Positions 21,965 through 32,971 of a stretch of 64,000 nucleotides of DNA are shown here, one piece after another. Where the stretch lies: assembly GCA_965219415.1 (NCBI GenBank), contig CBDCNP010000002.1, positions 4,736,001-4,800,000 on the forward strand, given 5' to 3'. Made by a program: the position numbers and the translations under genes. Every line of letters begins with the position of its first letter. Positions within the stretch are counted from its first letter, which is position 1. The stretch is from Candidatus Marinacidobacterales bacterium. Lineage in GTDB: Bacteria; Acidobacteriota; Vicinamibacteria; Marinacidobacterales; DATDRI01. A model generated the notes under the pieces. It was not told the DNA's origin and searched no databases. It was given only the letters and a program-made list of their open reading frames with translations.

Positions 21965-23398
21965 CTACCGGTCGGTAAGGGATTCCGACAGCAACCGTCG
22001 CGCCGCTGCTAGGAGTCGATCCTTCCAGGCAACGCGTTCCCGCCAGTGGTTGGGGATGGCGTTCAGGCCGTAGAGGGCGCCGGCGAGCTGTCCCGTCACT
22101 GCTGCTACCGTATCGGCGTCGTCGGCCAGGTTGGCCGCGAGCAGCACCGCGCTGCGGAAGTCTCCGGTGCGGGCGACTGACCAGATGGCAGCTTCGAGCG
22201 TGTGAACGACGTACCCGCTGGAGCGGATCGTATCCCGTGTCCGTCCTCGCCAGCTGCCAGCTATGACCTGAGCGATTGCCGCCGCTCCCGTGAACCGTCT
22301 CGGAGCCAGAACGTCCGAGAACGGTGACCCGGCGATGGCGTCTGCCAGGAGTGCGCCGAACACCCGGCAGGCATCCACTGCCTCCTCGGCTCCGTGGGTC
22401 GTCCGGGACTGGTCGGCGGCGGCTCCGATCAGGCGCGGCCGGTCTAGTCTGAACCGGAGCGCGATGGGGGCGAGCCGCATCAGCGAGCCGTTGCCTGCGC
22501 TCCAGGGACCGGTCGAACCCGCGACCGGATCACACGTCTGCAGGTACCAGGCGAGTGCTTCTTGGGTCGTGTTTCCGATGTCGAAGCAGTGTCCGGTGCA
22601 CGAGTAGTCTCCATCTCGCCACCACTTCACGAAACGGTCCATAAGGTCCCGGCAGTCGAGCGTCTTGGATTCCGCCAGGCTGTCGGCAAGGGCCAGCGCC
22701 ATGGCCGTGTCGTCGGTCCAAGCGCCGGCCGGCAGATCGAACGGGCCGCCACCGACCATGTCTTCTAAACGCGGCTGCGTATCGCGAGAGCAGAATTCGA
22801 GCGTCGTGCCGACTGCGTCGCCCACCGCCAGACCGAGGAAAGCCCCGAGCGCCCGGTCGTGGATGTCGTCCGCGGTCCGGGATGGAACCGATGGTGCTCG
22901 TGCCGAACACTGCCTCACGTGGGCCAGCTGGGAGTCGTTCTCGATGGTCCCTTCGTGGGCGTCGCGCACGCGGCGGATCGCATCGTCCGGTTGTACGCCC
23001 AACTCCACCAGCAGGCGGGCTGTGATGGTCCCGGCACGTCCCAGACCACCCCGGCAGTGGAGCAGCACGTCAAAGCCGAGCCGCAGCCGGTTCCGGATGG
23101 ACTCGCCGGTGGCCTTCCAGGCGTGCTCGAAGTCCTGTTCCGGCGCCTCTCCGTCGGGAATCGGGGCATGCCACCACTCCATGTGCCGGTCTCGAACCGC
23201 CCTCGGGAGATCGTGCACCTTCAGATAAGCGAGCTCTTCGTGGGTGATCAGGCTGACCACCGCAGTCGCTCCCCAGTGCTGAATCGCGTCGAGGTCGGTG
23301 TCGAGATTTCGCTTCCAGGGCCCGGATATTGCGTAGCGATCGATCCTACCGGGGCACTGCGAGAAGCCGATCCGGCCCCGGCCGTCGCCCAGGGTCAT
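21965..23398 (-). CDS. CDKN3-like dual-specificity phosphatase fused to ADP-ribosylglycohydrolase
   Basis: HCRGGLGR (CX5R); GLAVGDAVG, WTDDTAMA, GNGSLMR, DDADTVAAVTG; true start uncertain. Confidence 0.85.
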   Translation of the reverse strand: MTLGDGRGRIGFSQCPGRIDRYAISGPWKRNLDTDLDAIQHWGATAVVSLITHEELAYLKVHDLPRAVRDRHMEWWHAPIPDGEAPEQDFEHAWKATGESIRNRLRLGFDVLLHCRGGLGRAGTITARLLVELGVQPDDAIRRVRDAHEGTIENDSQLAHVRQCSARAPSVPSRTADDIHDRALGAFLGLAVGDAVGTTLEFCSRDTQPRLEDMVGGGPFDLPAGAWTDDTAMALALADSLAESKTLDCRDLMDRFVKWWRDGDYSCTGHCFDIGNTTQEALAWYLQTCDPVAGSTGPWSAGNGSLMRLAPIALRFRLDRPRLIGAAADQSRTTHGAEEAVDACRVFGALLADAIAGSPFSDVLAPRRFTGAAAIAQVIAGSWRGRTRDTIRSSGYVVHTLEAAIWSVARTGDFRSAVLLAANLADDADTVAAVTGQLAGALYGLNAIPNHWRERVAWKDRLLAAARRLLSESLTDR

Positions 23399-23459
23399 CG
23401 CCGTGATGCGGAGTGATGAGCTGATAGTGATCCACGAAAGACCTTTGATTGCCTTTATC

Positions 23460-23640
23460 CGTTCCTGTGCCGAAAATTGATCCACTGGCAACGTTACAAG
23501 CGAGCAGTTGACGCGGCGTGGACGGTGGGGCCCGAGCCTGGCCGCCCGTTGGAACTCCAACACCTGTCCTGTGCCAAAACTCGGCCTTTGGTGGATAGAG
23601 TCTTGGAGGGATCTCGGTTGTGTTTTTGACACGACGGGGT
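23460..23640. repeat. Cluster of three rve-element ends
   Basis: 23460-23545 matches the right end at 45180-45252; B end at 23565; related TTTTGACACGACGGGG end near 23625. Confidence 0.7.
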
Positions 23641-23974
23641 GAAACGACGGAACGTTCCGCGCATCTCGAAGAACTCAAACAACTCTTCGAGGCGGCTCCG
23701 ATCAGCTGCCTTGGTGCACAACTCCGATAGAGGCCGAGAGCTCGCTTGGCCCCGACTCCCGTCATCTGATCATCTCGCTATCAGGCATCCCGAGCGCCCT
23801 CATGGTGTTGAGAAACTTGCACCCGATCCTTGCCTCACCTCTCTGTGCCGCCAACCCTCTCGCTCGCATCGCTGAGCCCACGATAGCCTTGTAGCGATGG
23901 AACGTTGTCTCGACTTTGCTCCGTTTGCTGTAGCCCGATTCTGTGTGCCACTTTCGTTTGCCGAGCCGAGCTTG

Positions 23975-24630
<656 letters not shown>

Positions 24631-24738
24631 GGTCGAATCGGCCACGGGACGAAAGTGTAGCCCTGGGGGCTGTTCTGGAGGGACTCCAAGCAGGCCGGTG
24701 TGCCGGTCTTGAGTGCGTTTGTGTTTTTGGACACTACG

Positions 24739-24900
24739 CGCACCATCAGCTCTTCGATGTCGGCGTCGACCTGCGGTCGCCCTGGATACTGACGGTTCTT
24801 GGAGCTATCGAACTTCTTCGCGACAAGCCTCCGGTGCCAACCTAGGATCGTGTCGGGGTTCACGATACTCGCGACCTCATCAAGGGCTTGCTTACCCAGC
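24739..24900 (-). pseudogene. rve-integrase fragment
   Basis: PDTILGWHRRLVAKKFDSSKNR, homologous to the 43958 ORF. Confidence 0.7.
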
Positions 24901-24913
24901 GATTACTTCAAGC

Positions 24914-25719
24914 GGTATTGTCAAATTGAGCTGGTGACTGACAGAATGGTCCAATGAAGACCGATGCGCCAAGCTACCACGGCTATCGATTTCCACCGGA
25001 AATCATCAGCCACGCCGTCTGGCTCTACCACCGATTCTGCGTGAGCTTTCGAAACGTCGAAGAGTTGCTCGCTCAGCGAGGCATCACGGTTTCTTACGAA
25101 GCGGTCCGACTGTGGTGCATTAAGTTCGGGCCGGAATACGCTCGGCGACTGAAGCGTCGGCAGGGTCGTCTCGGTGACACATGGCACCTGGACGAGGTCT
25201 TCATAAAGATACAAGGTGAACGCCAATACCTCTGGCGCGCGGTAGACCAAGATGGTGATGTAATCGATATCCTCGTCCAGCCTCGCCGTGATCAGAAAGC
25301 CGCCAAACGATTCTTCCGCAAGCTGTTGAAGGGGCAAGGCCGTCCGCCCTGGCAGCTGGTCACCGACAAACTGAGAAGCTACAGCGCCGCTCACCGCGAG
25401 GTCATGCCGTCCGTCGTCCACGACACTGACCAGTACAGAAACAACCTAGCCGAAGTCTCGCACGAACCGACGCGACAACGGGAACGACAGATGCGGAAGT
25501 TTAAAGCTCCTGGGCAGGCGCAACGATTCTTGACCGTGCATGGACTCGTGCAAAATCTCTTTCGCGTCGGACGGCATTTGTTGCAAGCGCATCATCATCG
25601 GGAGCTACGAGACCGCGCTTTCATCGTCTGGCAGGAGGTAACCTGTGCCGTCCGATGAGAGCAAAGGAAGTCAGCTCGACGCGATAGGTTCGCTCGCTCA
25701 ACGTCAACTTGACAATACC
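24914..25719 (+). mobile_element. IS6-family element, 806 bp
   Basis: GGTATTGTCAA TIRs; apparently identical inverted copy at 55871-56676. Confidence 0.95.
24954..25658 (+). CDS. IS6 transposase
   Basis: YRFPPEIISHAVWLY, WHLDEVF, YLWRAVDQDG. Confidence 0.95.
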   Translation: MKTDAPSYHGYRFPPEIISHAVWLYHRFCVSFRNVEELLAQRGITVSYEAVRLWCIKFGPEYARRLKRRQGRLGDTWHLDEVFIKIQGERQYLWRAVDQDGDVIDILVQPRRDQKAAKRFFRKLLKGQGRPPWQLVTDKLRSYSAAHREVMPSVVHDTDQYRNNLAEVSHEPTRQRERQMRKFKAPGQAQRFLTVHGLVQNLFRVGRHLLQAHHHRELRDRAFIVWQEVTCAVR

Positions 25720-26125
25720 GCGATGAGCGCTGTGATTCTCGATTGCCTCATAGACGCCGCCGGCGGGAACCGACGTCGAAGTGTTCACGGCGATTGCTTG
25801 CGGGTCACGCGCCTGTACGAACTGCCGGAGATCCGTGCTTGCACCGAAGAAATCATAGATTTCGCCGTCACCCTCGCGAATCCCTTCGTTGCGTCCTCCG
25901 AGAACCGCCCGCTCGATCCTCTCGCTCCCGCGATCGGTAAAGATGAAATAGGAGGTAGTACCGCGCAAGTCCAACGGCGTCCCCAAATCGAGCGCTAGAG
26001 GATCTGGGTTGCCGTCGCGGATGACGTGCATCCACATATCGACGCCGTTGTCACGCATTGCGCCGGGCAAGACGAGATCGAATTTCTCTCGTTGAATCAG
26101 TGTAAGTAGATCAGCCCGACTGCGA
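25720..26125 (-). pseudogene. M24/Xaa-Pro peptidase-like N-terminal fragment
   Basis: KFDLVLPGAMRDNGVDMWMHVIRDGNPDP...ARDPQAIAVN; cut on both sides. Confidence 0.55.
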
Positions 26126-26126
26126 G

Positions 26127-26306
26127 CCCGTCCTGTGCCAAAACTCAGCCCTTTTGAAATAGCCCATAAATCAGCAACTTAGAGTCTGTGTTTGCGGCCG
26201 TGCCCAGGGCCGAGCGCGAACAGACGACGAAATCATGCAGGCATAGTCCCGGCAGATCGGAGACCGATCAGGTTCGGGGCGCGCGGATGAATAAATAGAA
26301 GGCACA
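26127..26306 (+). repeat. Chimeric mini-element (B left end + H right end GGATGAATAAATAGAAGGCACA)
   Basis: Both ends recur elsewhere in the window. Confidence 0.75.
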
Positions 26307-26873
26307 GGCGATTTGCTGGAATCCCTCCTTGGCCTTGCGACGTAGATCCCTTACCAATTTCCCCGCCGTTGCCTGAGCGATTGTCCAGCCAGTGCGACGT
26401 TGTTCTATGGTACCCAGCGTCTGTATCGTCTTGACCTCAAACTCCCTATCGCGTACCAAGAAGTCCCCAACGCGTTCATCTTTCGCGTGCTTCTGGCACA
26501 GTGCGACCGCGCCCGGATGGTGTCCCACCGCCTCGGCCATAAGTTCCGCTTGATAGCGGCTGTGCATCAGCTCGAACGCACTCGACGTGCGTCCCAATAC
26601 ATTAATGTTGAGCTGCAGTCGGCATCTCCTTATCGCGGATGCCAGTCTCCATAGATCCACCAGAGCATACGCGCCACCACGTTGGTTCGCGTACGTCGCC
26701 CAAGTCGACATCAACCTCTTCTTGTTTACCTTGAGTAGCCGCCGAGTCTCGTCCGTATCCACGGAGTCAATTACAACCCCAGAGTAACCCCGCCCACCGT
26801 AGTCTTCAGCCAGCACCACTTGGTCGCCTTGCTTAAAGATACCGATCCCCTCCGGTGTGTCACGGTTGCTCAT
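26307..26873 (-). pseudogene. Hypothetical protein, 3'-truncated by an IS end
   Basis: ORF with GGAAGG RBS runs into the H end. Confidence 0.55.
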
Positions 26874-26907
26874 CGTCGGATCCTTCCTTCCCGTGCACCT
26901 ACCGGCT

Positions 26908-26960
26908 TGTTAGCGGCGGACGTAAATTGAACATTTATGGCGGACGAAAATGGCACACTC
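26908..26960. repeat. IS21-like terminal remnant
   Basis: TGT start with tandem GGCGGACG(T/A)AAA repeats. Confidence 0.5.
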
Positions 26961-27006
26961 GGCGCTGTGCCTTCTATTTATTCATCCGCGCGCACCGAAC
27001 TTGAGT

Positions 27007-27401
27007 TGTGTGCAGCAGGGCCCCTTTGCTCCACGGGCGTTGCCCCGTTTCAACGCTACTACGGACCCAGCCGCCACCGTCTCGTCTTCGACCGTTTTCC
27101 CGGGGCCTCCGGTTATGCGGTCTACCTTGCTCCGTCGATTTCTCGACGGGACGAGGACGGCTTCTCCAGTGGCTTGGCATGTCCTTGTCACCGTGCTGTC
27201 CCTACCACCCCGCCAGAGGGATGTGCCTCATCAGATAGTCTGGCGACACATCCTGTTGCCTTCGTCCGACACGAGAAAACTCGGCCTCTGGGGTCTATTT
27301 TTTTGTCGGGGCCACCTATGGGTTCACTTGTGTTACGGCCCGGTGACTCGCTCACCATCCTCAAGATGGCTTTGTCAGTCAGCTTCATCCGTCTCGTTTC
27401 C
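27007..27401 (-). mobile_element. Group II intron 5' RNA-domain fragment (no RT ORF, no domain V/VI)
   Basis: GGCTGGGTCCGTAGTAGCGTTGAAACGGGGCAACGCCCGTGGAGCAAAGGGGCCCTG resembles domain II/III. Confidence 0.75.
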
Positions 27402-27761
27402 ACCCGAGCGAGACGACGGCTTCAGGCGCGCATTCTCACGCTCGAGTTCCTTGAGCTTCGGGTCCTCTGCCTTTGCCTTCCGCCCCCGTCCTGTGCCAAA
27501 ACTCGGCTGTCCCTTCCATAAACTAAGAAGCGCCCCACGGCGCCATAGGCAAGGGTGGCGACCAGACCTAACAACATCCCATTTCAGGGGAAAGACAGAC
27601 ACAAAACTTGAAACGATTTGGTTGAAACCGGCTTTGCCACGCCGGCTTCAACCAGCCCTTGTCAGCACCGAATGACTGAGATACAACGTGGTACTAACCG
27701 TGGGGTCAGGTCATCCTGCCATGATAAGTCCCGCCCCAAGGGTAAGGACTTCAAAAAAACG

Positions 27762-27950
27762 ATGAATCTCGAGGTCCTCGAAGCTGACTTGAACAACTTC
27801 AAGCATGCCGAGGCGGTTCGGCAGTTGGTGGACGAGTATGCGCGGCTACCGATCGGCCAGGGAACTCCGCTGGCGGCCAGGGTGTTGGAGCAACTCGTAC
27901 CCGGACTAAAGAGACACCCGGGGACGCTGGTTTTTCTCGCTTGGCTGGAC
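27762..27950 (+). pseudogene. GNAT acetyltransferase N-terminal fragment
   Basis: EADLNNFKHAEAVRQLVDEYA...LVPGLKRHPGTLVFLA. Confidence 0.65.
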
Positions 27951-28372
27951 CCGTCTGGTCAAAATACTCGAACGCCCAGCGGGTCAGCAGTTTGCACCTT
28001 TCCGAGGGCTGCTTGAATCTGGCATCGCGGTCGGATACGTATTTCTTCCGGGTGCGCAGTTCGTTGCCTGCAGCTCGCCCCGCAGCCGATTTGAGCCAGC
28101 CGTGCGCACCCCCGGTGGGCCTGTCGCCTGCCACCCGCAGCCCAGGGGTCCTCCTCGCCTTTACAGGCGTGGTTTGGTTTTGCTTAACCGGAGGTTACGG
28201 CATTCTTATTTCCACGGGAATCGGGACGGATCCCGCACATGGCTGAGCGCACCGGAAAACGAGTATTGAGATGCCTAGGGGTTGATTCACATTGAACCAA
28301 CTACGTTTCCGCGAATAGGGATGCGAGGCACATCGGGAATCCTCTGCGCTTCCGCAATATGATGAGTGTCGA

Positions 28373-29353
28373 ATGCACCATTCCCACAACGCCATAATCC
28401 TTTTCGTGGGCACGGCATTGCTTCTCGCATGCGCGTCCCGTCCGACTGACCGAGACGAAGCCCGCGAAGAGCTCCGCAAGCGGGGCATCGAGTCGACCCA
28501 TGGTTCTTTCAAGAACGCCATTCTTGCGGGCAACACCGAGGTCGTGAGCCTACTCCTGAAGTCCCGCGTGAAACCGCGTCGGAGTCTCCGGCTCGCGGCC
28601 AAAGAGGGACGTTGCAGTGTTCTTGCCCAGTTGCTCGACGTCGGCTACCGCGTCGACGGAATCCTCGCCGCCGAGGGTTTGGCGTGGGCCCTGTTCAGTG
28701 GACATGATGGGTGCGTCAAGCTCCTCGAGAACGCGGGAACTGACCTGAACGCGCCGAGTCGTGCGGGCGAAAACTCACTAACCAAAGCAGCCCAGCAAGG
28801 AAATATCCGGTTTCTCAAAGTCCTCCTCGCAGTCGGTGTGGATCCCAACGAGCCCAACCGTAACGGGCAGACCGCTTTGATCCGAGCGGTCGAGGGAGAA
28901 CAGCAAACGTCGATTCGCGAGCTCGTCAGGCTTGGGGCAGACGTGAACGTGGCCGATCTCGACGGCTGGACACCGTTGGCCTACGCTGCCCGAAATGGCA
29001 CCGACCGCATCGTTCGCATGCTCATTGACTTAGGTGCAAACGTCAATCTGCCGACAAAAACCGGGTGGACGGCCGCCGCATTTGCTGCCATGGAAGGGCA
29101 CCGAGTCGTTCTACAAATGCTGCTGGAGGCAGGCGCCGACCCGAACGCCGCGAGCAAGGCAGGGCTCACCCCGCTCATGCGAGCCGCGCAGAGAGGCGAT
29201 GCACGGATGGTGCGCTTCTTGTTGCGGATGGGAGCCGACCGTGACCTGAGCATCGACGGCGTGGACGCGGCCTGGTGGGCCCAAGTCACCGGGCACGAAA
29301 CGGTGGCGCAACTCTTATCCGACGGCACTTCCGCAGGCCCAAACGGATCGTGA
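28373..29353 (+). CDS. Ankyrin-repeat putative lipoprotein
   Basis: LLAC lipobox; repeated GxTALxxA...LLxxGADxN units. Confidence 0.88.
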   Translation: MHHSHNAIILFVGTALLLACASRPTDRDEAREELRKRGIESTHGSFKNAILAGNTEVVSLLLKSRVKPRRSLRLAAKEGRCSVLAQLLDVGYRVDGILAAEGLAWALFSGHDGCVKLLENAGTDLNAPSRAGENSLTKAAQQGNIRFLKVLLAVGVDPNEPNRNGQTALIRAVEGEQQTSIRELVRLGADVNVADLDGWTPLAYAARNGTDRIVRMLIDLGANVNLPTKTGWTAAAFAAMEGHRVVLQMLLEAGADPNAASKAGLTPLMRAAQRGDARMVRFLLRMGADRDLSIDGVDAAWWAQVTGHETVAQLLSDGTSAGPNGS

Positions 29354-30381
29354 AGACTCCTCCTCGCTGGGGCTCGAAAGTTTGTCTCCTCATCGGGAGC
29401 GTCTTCGCCAGCCTGCTCGTGGCTGAGATCCTGTTACGCTGGACGGGCTACGAGTATCGTCCCCTCAAGATCGAATTCGGCGCTATCGATGACCGCTACT
29501 TCCACATCTTCGAGAATAGGCACTTCGTCTACGATCCCGAACTTCTTTGGCGTCCGAGGCCGAGTTTCGAGTTCTTCAACGCGCAGGGTTTTAGCGGACC
29601 CGAGCTAGATCTGGCAAAGCCTGGTGGAGAATTTCGGATCTTTGCTCTCGGGGACTCCAACACGTTGGGATTCCCAGAAACGAACTGGCCGGAAGATTTG
29701 CAAGAAATTCTTAGCCAGTCATGTGATGGTTTCCAGGTCGTCAATGCAGGTGTGTGGGGCTACACTTCGGACCAGGGTCTGCGACGTCTCGAGGAAGTAC
29801 GAAAGTTTCAACCGGATATGGTGCTCATCAGCTTCGGAGCGAACGATGCCCATCCAACGACAGTGCCGGACAAACAATACACGGCCCGCTCCATGTGGTC
29901 CCGAAGGTTGGAGGGGCTCATCCATTCTTCTCGTGTGGCGAGGCTGGCCACGGGAGTGCTGACCCATCTCACCGTCTTGCGCACGGGCGAGATGATCCAC
30001 CGCGTGAGCCTAGAGGACTACAGCAGCAACTTGGAAGAGATGGCGAAGCGTGTTCTCTCGGACGGTGCAGTGCCGGTCCTTCTTACCCGGCCCTACCACG
30101 GCAAAATGCCTCGGGTGACCAAATGGAAGTCCTTCGGCCACGCATACAACGCAATGACTGCAGAGGTGGCCGAGCGCCTCGATCTGCCGCTGGTCGATCT
30201 GTATACGCACTTCAGGGAGCGCGACGAGCTGTTCGTGGACGACTCTCACTTCAATCCGGAAGGCCATCGTTTGGCGGCGCAAATCGTTTACGAAAGGATA
30301 CAGCCATTCCTTCGGGGTGACGGCTTCGATCCATGCCCCCACACTTCCGAGAGAAGGATGCGGCCTGACGATTCCAACTAA
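29350..30381 (+). CDS. Membrane-anchored SGNH/GDSL hydrolase
   Basis: ALGDSNTLG, NAGVWGYTS, FGAND, DDSH; GTGA overlap with the ankyrin gene. Confidence 0.88.
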   Translation: MKTPPRWGSKVCLLIGSVFASLLVAEILLRWTGYEYRPLKIEFGAIDDRYFHIFENRHFVYDPELLWRPRPSFEFFNAQGFSGPELDLAKPGGEFRIFALGDSNTLGFPETNWPEDLQEILSQSCDGFQVVNAGVWGYTSDQGLRRLEEVRKFQPDMVLISFGANDAHPTTVPDKQYTARSMWSRRLEGLIHSSRVARLATGVLTHLTVLRTGEMIHRVSLEDYSSNLEEMAKRVLSDGAVPVLLTRPYHGKMPRVTKWKSFGHAYNAMTAEVAERLDLPLVDLYTHFRERDELFVDDSHFNPEGHRLAAQIVYERIQPFLRGDGFDPCPHTSERRMRPDDSN

Positions 30382-30800
30382 ATCCTCTGCGCTTACTAGC
30401 TCCCGAGTTCCCGCTGGGATCGCGGCCCTCGCACTGGTTGTTCTGGGCTTGGTGTATGGCGGTTTGGCGATCGACGCTGAGGACGCGACAGCCTACTTGG
30501 TATTGACTCTTGCAGTCGGCGCTACTGCAGGTGCGGACGTACTGAGTCACATCCAAGTGATTGGCGGTTCCCTGGACGCCATCGTCGATCAGGTCAGTAC
30601 CTCTCTTTATGCCGGGGTCGTGACCGTGCTTGCCAAGAGGGCGCTCAAGCTCGTCAAGGGTTGAAATCTTGTTTCCAGGAGCTAAGGGCCCGGTCGCAAA
30701 CACAGACACCAAGCTGCTGATTTATAGGCTATTTCAAAAAGCCCGAGTTTTGGCACAGGACGGGGTCCAAGAACGCGGCAACCAGCTTGCGATGCTCGAT

Positions 30801-32345
30801 TGTGCCTCCTATTTATTCATCCGCGCGCACCGAACTTGATTAGTCTCCGGTCTGCCGGCACCATGCCGGCATGATTTCGTCGTTTGTTCGCGCTCTCGTC
30901 TCTGCCTTCAAGGCTCGTCGCGAGCTGGCTCTCGAGAATGTCGCTCTTCGGTAGCAACTCGCCGTACTCCGCCGTTCGGTGAAACAGCCGCGGCTCTCGA
31001 AGGTCGACCGCGAGTTTTGGGTGCTGTTGCGGGTGCCTCCGCCATTGAAGTGTTGGTGAGATGACGCTAAGACTTTACGCTGCATTAAATTACAGCCAAA
31101 ATAGCGCTCGTGACCTTCGCTGCGCGCTAAGTGGTCAGCGCGCGAGGGAAAGTGCTGAGGACGAACTTCTCGGCGACCAGCCGAGTAACGCGAGCGACCA
31201 AGCTGACTCAGGCTGCCTCTCGCCACTCGTATCGATGGTGCAATCCACCGACTCGCGGCAGTGCGACTACTTTCGCCGTAGGAGACGGTCGGTGCGTGAC
31301 CGCTCTCAAGCTCGGTGTGTCCTTGTTCAGCCCCAAGTGGCAACGGTCCTCGTGATAGTAGCTGATGTAAGCTCGCACGAGCCGGATGAGATGACATGCG
31401 CCGAGAACCACGACGTGCTCAAGGAGCTCGCGACGGCAGCTGCCGACCCACCGCTCCGCAGTTCCGTTTTGCCATGGGCTGCGAAACGAAGTGCGAACGG
31501 GTTTTGTGCCCGTTGCTTTGATGAACTCGATGACCGCAGCGCTAAAGATGAAGTCGCGATCGAAGATGAGATATTTCGGAGCGGTGTCGTAGGGAAACGC
31601 CTCACGCAGTTGCTGAATAACCCAAGCAGACGTCGGTTGGAACGTGGCGTTGAAGTGAACGATGTGCCGACGGCCGTGCTCGATGACGAAGAAGCCGTAC
31701 AGCAGCCGGAGCGACGCGGTGGGCACGGTGAACAGATCCATGGCGGCGATATCGTCTTTATGGTTGCGCAGGAAAGCCATCCATCGCTTCAGCTGGTCGG
31801 GCTCCGCGGGACGCCGCGGTAGGTATCGCGACACCGTGATCTCGGAGATGATGAAACCGAGCTTGGTGAGCTCAGCATGGATGCGTGGCGCCCCCCAGCC
31901 GTCTTGCGCCATCGTGCGGACGAGGCGACGAATCTCGGCATCAATCCGAGGTCGACCGGGATGGCGGCGCTGCGAGATCTTTGCCCAGTACCGTCGGAAT
32001 CGGTCGCGATGCCAACGGGCCACGGTGTCCGCGTGGACGATGAGCAGGCGGCTCGCCCACACGGGCCACGAACCTCGAAGGGCAACCCAGAAAGCCCGTT
32101 CCGTGTCGTCGAGCGGTGGGCGTGGGCGCTCTTTCTTCAGCGCCGTCACTTGCTGCCGCAAAGCGACGTTCTCCAACACCAGGTCGGCGCGGCGCCGACA
32201 CATCGCCCGAATGACACGGACGCCAAGTGAGACGAAGAAGACAACAACGTTGAGCATAGCGGCGGAGTTTCGCCGTCTTCGGCCCGGAATTCAAGCGGAG
32301 CGTAAGTCCTTGATTTCGTGGGCGGAGCAGTATTGACGATGCACA
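30801..32345 (-). mobile_element. IS481-like rve element (TGT...ACA) with H-type right end and an internal MITE piece
   Basis: Left end TGTGCATCGTCAA; right end TGTGCCTCCTATTTATTCATCCG. Confidence 0.8.
31208..32257 (-). CDS. rve/integrase-core transposase
   Basis: AMDLFTV, LIFDRD, SPWQNGTAER; three full and two partial copies in the window. Confidence 0.9.
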   Translation of the reverse strand: MLNVVVFFVSLGVRVIRAMCRRRADLVLENVALRQQVTALKKERPRPPLDDTERAFWVALRGSWPVWASRLLIVHADTVARWHRDRFRRYWAKISQRRHPGRPRIDAEIRRLVRTMAQDGWGAPRIHAELTKLGFIISEITVSRYLPRRPAEPDQLKRWMAFLRNHKDDIAAMDLFTVPTASLRLLYGFFVIEHGRRHIVHFNATFQPTSAWVIQQLREAFPYDTAPKYLIFDRDFIFSAAVIEFIKATGTKPVRTSFRSPWQNGTAERWVGSCRRELLEHVVVLGACHLIRLVRAYISYYHEDRCHLGLNKDTPSLRAVTHRPSPTAKVVALPRVGGLHHRYEWREAA

Positions 32346-32830
32346 ATTTCACTTGGACTCCCCGTGGCGTAAATGTCGATCCGAGTGACCCGAGCAAACC
32401 AACCCTTCTCGAAGTGTTGTTGCGGTCGCCCTCGCCCACTCACTGTGCGACCAACATAAATGCACCGTTGGTCGGCCCAGAATATGTATATGCAGCTGTT
32501 ATAGCGAATGTTGTTACCGTACCAAATCTTGAAGTTCCTCTTTCGGGCGTCTATCCCCCATCCTTTGCCCCGTTTGGGGTGCCACTGCTTCTTTTGAACA
32601 TCGCTAGATCGGAAGTGCTGCTTAAAGGCAGCCGGACTTTTTGCCCGTGAATATATTTCTTTGAGTAGCTCTCCGGCTTTGCGGCGTCTAGCCTGTGAAA
32701 ACGAGAGCGAACGTCCCCGCGGTTTGCGAACGAGATGTCGCAGAACCGCCGTGCGAGACTTGTACAGTTGATCCAATTCCAGCTCGAACTGTTTCGCTGT
32801 CCTTTCAATCATCTTGGAACAACCCTCCAT
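32346..32830 (-). pseudogene. GIY-YIG-like nuclease, 3'-truncated
   Basis: CIYIFW...CIYVGRT...R.QQH; cut by the IS481-like end. Confidence 0.6.
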
Positions 32831-32971
32831 ACAGCCGCGTGCGTAGCCGCCGCCGAAAGGTTAACTTTCAGGTGCTTCTGCCATCAAGTGATGGAATGGA
32901 CTCCTCCACTGACATAGACGGCATCGATGTGCCAAAGTCAGTCGAATACGCATCGAAAAGGAGGAGTCCGA

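Noticed and set aside
23399-23632. N-terminal extensions of ORFs (555-aa ARH, 736-aa Ppk1, 381-aa rve, 885-aa Cas3)
   Set aside because: The extensions read through IS-end or intergenic sequence
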